This document shows positions 58,835 through 64,000 of a DNA stretch of 64,000 bases, one piece after another; position 1 is the first letter of the stretch; the number at the start of each line of letters is the position of its first letter. Below the pieces are notes generated by a model. The model searched no databases, was not told the origin of the DNA, and worked only from the letters and a program-made list of their open reading frames with translations. This DNA comes from Candidatus Yanofskybacteria bacterium (GTDB lineage Bacteria; Patescibacteriota; Minisyncoccia; 2-02-FULL-40-12; GWA2-44-9), in NCBI GenBank assembly GCA_020852375.1, contig JADZAY010000003.1, positions 6-64,005 of the forward strand, written 5' to 3'. The translations under genes were made by a program, and so were the position numbers.

Positions 58835-59200
58835 ATGTTACAGCTTCGATCAATCGTAAATGTTGCAGACAACACCGGCGCCAAGCGCGTAGGCGTGTTC
58901 AAGGTGCTCGGCGGATCGCGCCGGCGCTATGCCCAGATCGGGGATATCGTGGTGGTCTCAGTGAAATCCGCCGAGCCGCGGAAGGCCGTCAAAAAGAAAG
59001 ACATCCTGAAGGCGGTCGTGGTTCGTCAGAAGGCGCCGTGGCGCCGCCGCGATGGAACCGTGTTGCGCTTCGACGACAACGCAGTTGTTATCATTGATGG
59101 CACGGAGCCGAAGGGCGGACGCATTTTCGGACCGATCCCTCGTGAGATCAAGGAAAAGGGATTCCAGACCATCGCATCGTTGGCGCAGGAACTTGTCTAA
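58835..59200 (+). CDS. rplN: 50S ribosomal protein L14
   Basis: MLQLRSIVNVADNTGAK. Confidence 0.95.
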   Translation: MLQLRSIVNVADNTGAKRVGVFKVLGGSRRRYAQIGDIVVVSVKSAEPRKAVKKKDILKAVVVRQKAPWRRRDGTVLRFDDNAVVIIDGTEPKGGRIFGPIPREIKEKGFQTIASLAQELV

Positions 59201-59209
59201 TACTCGACC

Positions 59210-59521
59210 ATGAAGATCAAGAAAGGCGATACCGTTATCATGTTGGGCGGCAAAGACCGGGCAAAGACCGGGAAGGTTCTTCGCACCGATCCAGAGGCCG
59301 GAAAGGTCATCGTTGAGGGGCTCAACATGGTGAAGCGGCACCTGCGTCCGCGCAAGGCCGGCACCAAGGGGCAGATCGTTTCCATCGAGCGCTGGGTAAG
59401 CGCATCCTCTGTGGCGGTGGTCAACAAGGACACCGGGAAGGCTGCTCGCGTTGGATGGCAGATCGGCGCCGACGGCTCCACAAAGATGCGTATCGATCGC
59501 AAAACAAAGACTCAGCTATAG
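59210..59521 (+). CDS. rplX: 50S ribosomal protein L24
   Basis: MKIKKGDTVIMLGGKDRAKTGKV KOW motif. Confidence 0.95.
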   Translation: MKIKKGDTVIMLGGKDRAKTGKVLRTDPEAGKVIVEGLNMVKRHLRPRKAGTKGQIVSIERWVSASSVAVVNKDTGKAARVGWQIGADGSTKMRIDRKTKTQL

Positions 59522-59568
59522 GAAAATCTTTACAGAACGCAAAAAGTAAGTATACTCTAGTTTCCCCC

Positions 59569-60108
59569 ATGTCACGTCTCCACGACAACTACACAAAGAA
59601 AGTCCTCCCCGCGCTGCGGAAGGAGTTTGGTATTGCCAATATCATGGCGGTTCCCCGGGTCACGAAGATCGCGGTCAACGTGGGCGTCGGCCGCATGGCA
59701 AAGGATGCCGGTGCGATCGAACGCGTTGAGCGTGACCTTGCAGCGCTGACCGGCCAGAAGCCGTCGCGCCGCCTTGCGAAGCAGTCCATTGCAAGCTTCA
59801 AGCTTCGCCAGGGCACTCCGGTCGGTGTTGCGGTGACTCTTCGTGGGCGCCGGATGTGGGACTTTTTGGAGCGCCTCATCACGATCGCACTCCCGTTGTC
59901 CAAGGACTTCCGCGGTATCGATCCGAAGCATTTCGACCGTGAGGGCAACCTGAACATCGGCATCAAGGAGCACAGCATTTTCCCGGAAGTGAATGTGGAG
60001 AATGTGCGGGATATTTTCAGTATGCAGGTGACCATCACGACATCGGCCAAGAATCGCGAGCAGGGCGTTGCTCTCCTGACGATGCTTGGATTCCCGTTGA
60101 AGAAATAG
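59569..60108 (+). CDS. rplE: 50S ribosomal protein L5
   Basis: [21 protein letters not shown]... Confidence 0.95.
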   Translation: MSRLHDNYTKKVLPALRKEFGIANIMAVPRVTKIAVNVGVGRMAKDAGAIERVERDLAALTGQKPSRRLAKQSIASFKLRQGTPVGVAVTLRGRRMWDFLERLITIALPLSKDFRGIDPKHFDREGNLNIGIKEHSIFPEVNVENVRDIFSMQVTITTSAKNREQGVALLTMLGFPLKK

Positions 60109-60118
60109 ACCTATTACC

Positions 60119-60304
60119 ATGGCAAAGACCTCTACCATTGCGCGCAGCAACAAGAAGCCAAAGTTCAGTTCCCGAAAAGTGAATCGGTGTTTCAAGTGCG
60201 GCCGCGCGCGGTATTACATCGGAAAGGTTCAGCTGTGTCGTGTCTGTTTCCGCGAGTTGGCCAACCAGGGCCTGCTCCCGGGTGTTCGTAAGTCGTCCTG
60301 GTAA
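60119..60304 (+). CDS. rpsN: 30S ribosomal protein S14, Zn-ribbon (type Z) form
   Basis: 61 aa. [21 protein letters not shown]. Confidence 0.95.
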   Translation: MAKTSTIARSNKKPKFSSRKVNRCFKCGRARYYIGKVQLCRVCFRELANQGLLPGVRKSSW

Positions 60305-60315
60305 ATTTCTATCCC

Positions 60316-60729
60316 ATGGATCCCATCACTGACATGATTACTCGGATCACGAATGCTCAGGCCGTCGGCCACGAGCGTGTCGATGTTCCGTTCTCGAAGG
60401 TAAAACTGCACATCGCGCAGCTCTTGAAGTCGGCAGGATATCTCGCCGAAGTGGAGCGCCGCAAGCGCAAGGGCAAGAAGGTGGAGATTGAATATCTCGA
60501 GTTGACCCTGAAGTACCATGCGGATGGTGTTGCTGGTCAGGCGGGCGCGATCTCGGGAGTCCGTATCGTCAGTCGCCCGAGTCGGCACATCTACATCAAG
60601 GCCGCCGACATTCGCCCGGTTCGTTCCGGATATGGTTCTGCGATCCTGTCGACCTCGAAAGGCATCATGATGTCGCAGGAAGCGAAGAAGCAGGGATTGG
60701 GCGGGGAAGTGATGTTTGAGATCTGGTAG
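60316..60729 (+). CDS. rpsH: 30S ribosomal protein S8
   Basis: Classic S8. Confidence 0.95.
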   Translation: MDPITDMITRITNAQAVGHERVDVPFSKVKLHIAQLLKSAGYLAEVERRKRKGKKVEIEYLELTLKYHADGVAGQAGAISGVRIVSRPSRHIYIKAADIRPVRSGYGSAILSTSKGIMMSQEAKKQGLGGEVMFEIW

Positions 60730-60740
60730 CACTGAACACT

Positions 60741-61289
60741 ATGTCTAAGATCGGAAAAAAATCTATCACCCTCCCGAGCGGCACCACGGTTACCGTGAGC
60801 GATGCGACCGTTACCGTGAAGGGCTCCAAGGGGACACTGAGTCGGCGCATTCCGACGGGGATTTCGATCGCCGTTGAGGGATCCGAGGTTTCGGTCATGC
60901 CGGCCGGCGAGCGCCCGACGCGTGCCCAGCGTGCCCAGTGGGGTTTGTGGCGTGCACTGGTGAACAATATGATCGTCGGCGTCAGCACCGGGTGGTCTGA
61001 GTCTCTGGAGTTCCAGGGAGTCGGGTACCGTGCCGCGCTGAAGGGCCGCGATCTTGAGCTGTCGCTCGGATACAGCCACCCCATCACCATTCCGGCCCCG
61101 GAGGGCATCACGTTCGTTCCTGATAAAACTTCCATTCGCGTCGAGGGTATCGATAAAGAACTGGTGGGACATGTCGCCGCAAAGGTGCGCTCCCAGCGCC
61201 AGCCCGAGCCGTATAAGGGAAGCGGTATCCGGTACGCCGACGAGATCATCAAGAAGAAGGCCGGCAAGAAGGCCGCGACCGCAGCATAA
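60741..61289 (+). CDS. rplF: 50S ribosomal protein L6
   Basis: Classic L6. Confidence 0.95.
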   Translation: MSKIGKKSITLPSGTTVTVSDATVTVKGSKGTLSRRIPTGISIAVEGSEVSVMPAGERPTRAQRAQWGLWRALVNNMIVGVSTGWSESLEFQGVGYRAALKGRDLELSLGYSHPITIPAPEGITFVPDKTSIRVEGIDKELVGHVAAKVRSQRQPEPYKGSGIRYADEIIKKKAGKKAATAA

Positions 61290-61303
61290 CGGAGACCTCG
61301 CAT

Positions 61304-61660
61304 ATGACTGACATCAACATCACAAAACGAATCAACCGCATGCGCCGACAGACACGTGGCCGCGCGAAGATCTCCGGCACCGCCGAGCGTCCTCGGGTGA
61401 CGGTGTTCAAGAGCAATACCGCGCTGTACGCGCAGGCGATTGATGATGTCTCCGGGGTGACGCTTGCTGCCGTGAATGATGCGCACCTGAAAACGAAGGG
61501 CACGAAGACCGATCGCGCGACCAAGGCAGGCGAGAAGCTCGCAGAGCTTCTGAAGGCGAAGGGAGTTGCCGCGGTCGTATTCGACAAGGCCGGGTTCAAA
61601 TATCACGGGCGCGTAAAGGCGGTTGCAGAGGCACTTCGCGCCGGCGGCATTACCCTCTAA
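61304..61660 (+). CDS. rplR: 50S ribosomal protein L18
   Basis: Classic L18. Confidence 0.95.
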   Translation: MTDINITKRINRMRRQTRGRAKISGTAERPRVTVFKSNTALYAQAIDDVSGVTLAAVNDAHLKTKGTKTDRATKAGEKLAELLKAKGVAAVVFDKAGFKYHGRVKAVAEALRAGGITL

Positions 61661-61665
61661 TACAT

Positions 61666-62289
61666 ATGGACGAGAACACTACAAACACTCAGCCAGCCGC
61701 ACAGATCCCCGCGACCGCGCCGGTGGCGCCTTCGAGCGATCGTCAGGAGCCGATGCGCCCCATGCGCGGCGGTCGGTTTGGAACACGCGGTGGCCGCGGT
61801 GGGCAGGGTCGCCCGGGCCGTGGTCCGCGCCGTGATCGTCCGATGGAGAAGCCGGAGTACGATCAGCGTACGCTCGATATCGCTCGCGTCGCTCGTGTGA
61901 CGAAGGGTGGCAAGCGCTTCTCGTTCCGCGCGACGGTCGTTGCCGGGAACGGTAAGGGGCGGGTTGGCGTTGGCATGGCAAAGGGCCGCGACGTCCAGCA
62001 GTCCATTCAGAAAGCATACAACCAGGCAAAGAAGAATCTTCTGAACGTCGTCATCAAGGACGGTACCATTCCGTACCAGGTTGAAGGGAAGTACTCGAGC
62101 GCCACGGTTATCCTGAAGCCGTCGAAGTCCGGTATTAAGGCCGGCGGTGCCGTTCGTGTGGTTGCCCAGATGGCGGGTATTGCCGGTCTGACCGGTAAGC
62201 TGACCGGGCGCACCAACAACAAGATCAACATCGCACGCGCTGCGATCGCGGCTCTGTCGAAGATCCGCGCGGGTGCCCTGAAGAAATAA
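61666..62289 (+). CDS. rpsE: 30S ribosomal protein S5 (RG-rich N-terminal extension)
   Basis: S5 dsRBD plus C-terminal domain. Confidence 0.95.
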   Translation: MDENTTNTQPAAQIPATAPVAPSSDRQEPMRPMRGGRFGTRGGRGGQGRPGRGPRRDRPMEKPEYDQRTLDIARVARVTKGGKRFSFRATVVAGNGKGRVGVGMAKGRDVQQSIQKAYNQAKKNLLNVVIKDGTIPYQVEGKYSSATVILKPSKSGIKAGGAVRVVAQMAGIAGLTGKLTGRTNNKINIARAAIAALSKIRAGALKK

Positions 62290-62296
62290 TTTCGCC

Positions 62297-62773
62297 ATGG
62301 ATCTCTCTACTCTCAAATCAAAGACCCCCCGGAAGAAGCATAAGCGCATCGGTCGCGGCGGAAAGCGCGGCACGACGAGCGGCTCCGGGACGAAAGGACA
62401 GAAGTCTCGCGCCGGCGCTAGCGTGCGCCCGGGATTTCGTGGCGGCGACAACCGCATGTGGCAGCTCTTCCCAAAGCAGCGTGGTGCCACCAAGAAACAC
62501 GGGAACAAGCGGCCGCATCGCAAGCATCGGTTCTTCGCGCTTCGGCGCGGACCGGCATGGGAGATCAAGCTGCGCGCGCTCGAGGTGTTCAAGGACGGTG
62601 AGACGGTATCTCTTGCAACACTGATCGAGAAGGGCCTCGCTCCACAGGGAACGATTCGTGTGAAGATCCTCTCGACTGGCGACATCAAGCGAAAGCTCAT
62701 GACGAGCGGCATCGATCTCTCGGCCGCTGCGAAGAAGAAGATCGAAGACGCGGGCGGAACGGTCGGTATCTAG
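62297..62773 (+). CDS. rplO: 50S ribosomal protein L15 (follows rpsE directly; no rpmD/L30 between)
   Basis: KRIGRGGKRG...KGQKSRAG...VRPGFRGG. Confidence 0.93.
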   Translation: MDLSTLKSKTPRKKHKRIGRGGKRGTTSGSGTKGQKSRAGASVRPGFRGGDNRMWQLFPKQRGATKKHGNKRPHRKHRFFALRRGPAWEIKLRALEVFKDGETVSLATLIEKGLAPQGTIRVKILSTGDIKRKLMTSGIDLSAAAKKKIEDAGGTVGI

Positions 62774-62813
62774 TGTGCAGAGGGAGCGTTGTGTGGTATA
62801 CCAGAGAGGTTCT

Positions 62814-64000
62814 ATGAATTACATCACCCAGATCTTCCGTCGCAAAGAGCTCCGCACGAAGGTTCTCTTCATCCTCGCGATGACCGCTATCGCGCAGGTG
62901 CTCCACAATATTCCGATCCCGGCTGTTGACGCATCGCGTTTGCGGGACTTTTTGAGCCAGAACACCCTGTTCGGGCTGGTGAGCACATTCACCGGTGGCT
63001 CGCTCTCGACGCTGTCAATCGCTATGCTCGGTCTCGGGCCGTATATCACCGGCAGCATTATCATGCAGCTGCTGACGATGATCTTCCCGTCGCTGGAGCA
63101 GATGTACAAGAACGAGGGGGAGGCCGGACGCGCCCGTTTCAATCAGTACAGCCGCCTTCTGACGGTTCCGTTGGCGTTCCTGCAGGGGTATAGCTTCCTG
63201 GTGCTTCTGACGCGGCAGGATATTCTCGCCCCTATGGGCACACTACAGATGGTGAGCACGCTTTCGATCATTGCCGCGGGTTCCGTGTTCCTCATGTGGC
63301 TGGGCGAGCTCATTTCCGAGAAGAATCTGGGAAACGGCACCTCGCTCCTTATCTTGACGGGTATTGTTGCCAGCGTGCCGCAGCAGATCCAGCAGGCAAT
63401 TTTCACCTACACTCCCGATCAGTTGCTCACCTATGCCGTGTTCGTGCTGGTTGGCCTCGTGGTTATTGCCGGTGTGGTGTATATCAGCGAAGCTCAGCGC
63501 AATATTCCCATCAACTACGCCCGACGCGTGCGCGGTGCGCGGCAGTACGGCGGAGTGAGCACCTATCTTCCGATGCGCGTGAACAATGCCGGCGTGATTC
63601 CCATTATCTTCGCGCTGTCGTTGCTGCTCTTCCCGGGCATCATCGCCAACTTCTTCAGCGCCTCTCACATCCAGACCGTTGCGCGTGTTGCGACCATGGT
63701 GAGCCGACTCTTGCAGAACCAGCTCCTCTACGGAACGCTGTACTTCATCCTCGTCGCGCTCTTCACCTACTTCTACACCGCGATCACCTTCGATCCCAAG
63801 AGCATCAGCGAAAACATTCAAAAGCAGGGCGGCTACATTCCGGGCATTCGTCCCGGCCCGCAGACGGCAAGCTTCCTGAATCATCTGCTGAATCGCGTGA
63901 CGCTGGTCGGTGCGCTGTTCCTCGGCATCATCGCGGTCCTTCCGAATGTGGTACAAGGTCTGACTGGTATTACCGCGTTCACCGTCGGTGGCACGAGCAT
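62814..64000 (+). CDS. secY: Preprotein translocase SecY (5' partial; continues past window end)
   Basis: MNYITQIFRRKELRTKVLFILA...PIPAVD...GGSLSTLSIAMLGLGPYITGSIIMQLL. Not in the ORF track because no stop falls within the window. Confidence 0.93.
   Translation, partial: MNYITQIFRRKELRTKVLFILAMTAIAQVLHNIPIPAVDASRLRDFLSQNTLFGLVSTFTGGSLSTLSIAMLGLGPYITGSIIMQLLTMIFPSLEQMYKNEGEAGRARFNQYSRLLTVPLAFLQGYSFLVLLTRQDILAPMGTLQMVSTLSIIAAGSVFLMWLGELISEKNLGNGTSLLILTGIVASVPQQIQQAIFTYTPDQLLTYAVFVLVGLVVIAGVVYISEAQRNIPINYARRVRGARQYGGVSTYLPMRVNNAGVIPIIFALSLLLFPGIIANFFSASHIQTVARVATMVSRLLQNQLLYGTLYFILVALFTYFYTAITFDPKSISENIQKQGGYIPGIRPGPQTASFLNHLLNRVTLVGALFLGIIAVLPNVVQGLTGITAFTVGGTS

Overview
This is a high-GC (~60%) bacterial window with features typical of a streamlined, CPR/Patescibacteria-like genome. 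A 16S rRNA 3' end is followed by a terminator and not by a 23S gene. Its tRNA-Ile and tRNA-Ala lie ~12 kb away and are not in the usual spacer arrangement. Ribosomal protein L30 is absent from the S10-spc-alpha cluster, S14 is the Zn-ribbon type, and transketolase is split. Core content is as follows: (1) a SIMPL protein, TrmH, RNase HII, GAPDH and split transketolase; (2) a membrane H+-pyrophosphatase, RmuC, a CBS protein, pth, lepB, hisS, HIT, rpsU-yqeY-ybeY-ftsA-ftsZ, class II RNR (nrdJ), comEC and ndk; (3) a long r-protein cluster rpsL-rpsG-fusA-tuf-rpsJ ... rplC through secY (partial at window end). A minus-strand type IV pilus cluster is present. It carries a PilB ATPase with an N-terminal REC fusion, PilC, three prepilin-like proteins including very large pseudopilins, a PilX-like protein, a major pilin and an FN3-repeat surface protein. 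Two accessory regions stand out. First, a complete diversity-generating retroelement (DGR) at ~9.2-11.7 kb. It has a target gene whose C-terminal VR differs from a downstream TR only at TR adenines (17 of 26 A's, in AAC codons), an Avd-like four-helix-bundle gene on the opposite strand, and an RT with the DGR-type LGxxxSQ motif. Next to it is a UDG-family gene, and a 19-bp direct repeat of the tRNA-Ile 3' end lies nearby. Second, a ~4.4 kb AT-richer insertion splits the S10 operon between rpsJ and rplC. It encodes DUF3800, a membrane protein, an SRA-like/HNH (type IV restriction-like) nuclease, a DUF2726 PD-(D/E)xK-like protein and small proteins. rplC is then served by its own consensus promoter and an attenuator-like leader hairpin. 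Three tRNAs (Ile-GAT, Ala-TGC, Pro-GGG) and several intrinsic terminators and promoters were identified by eye.
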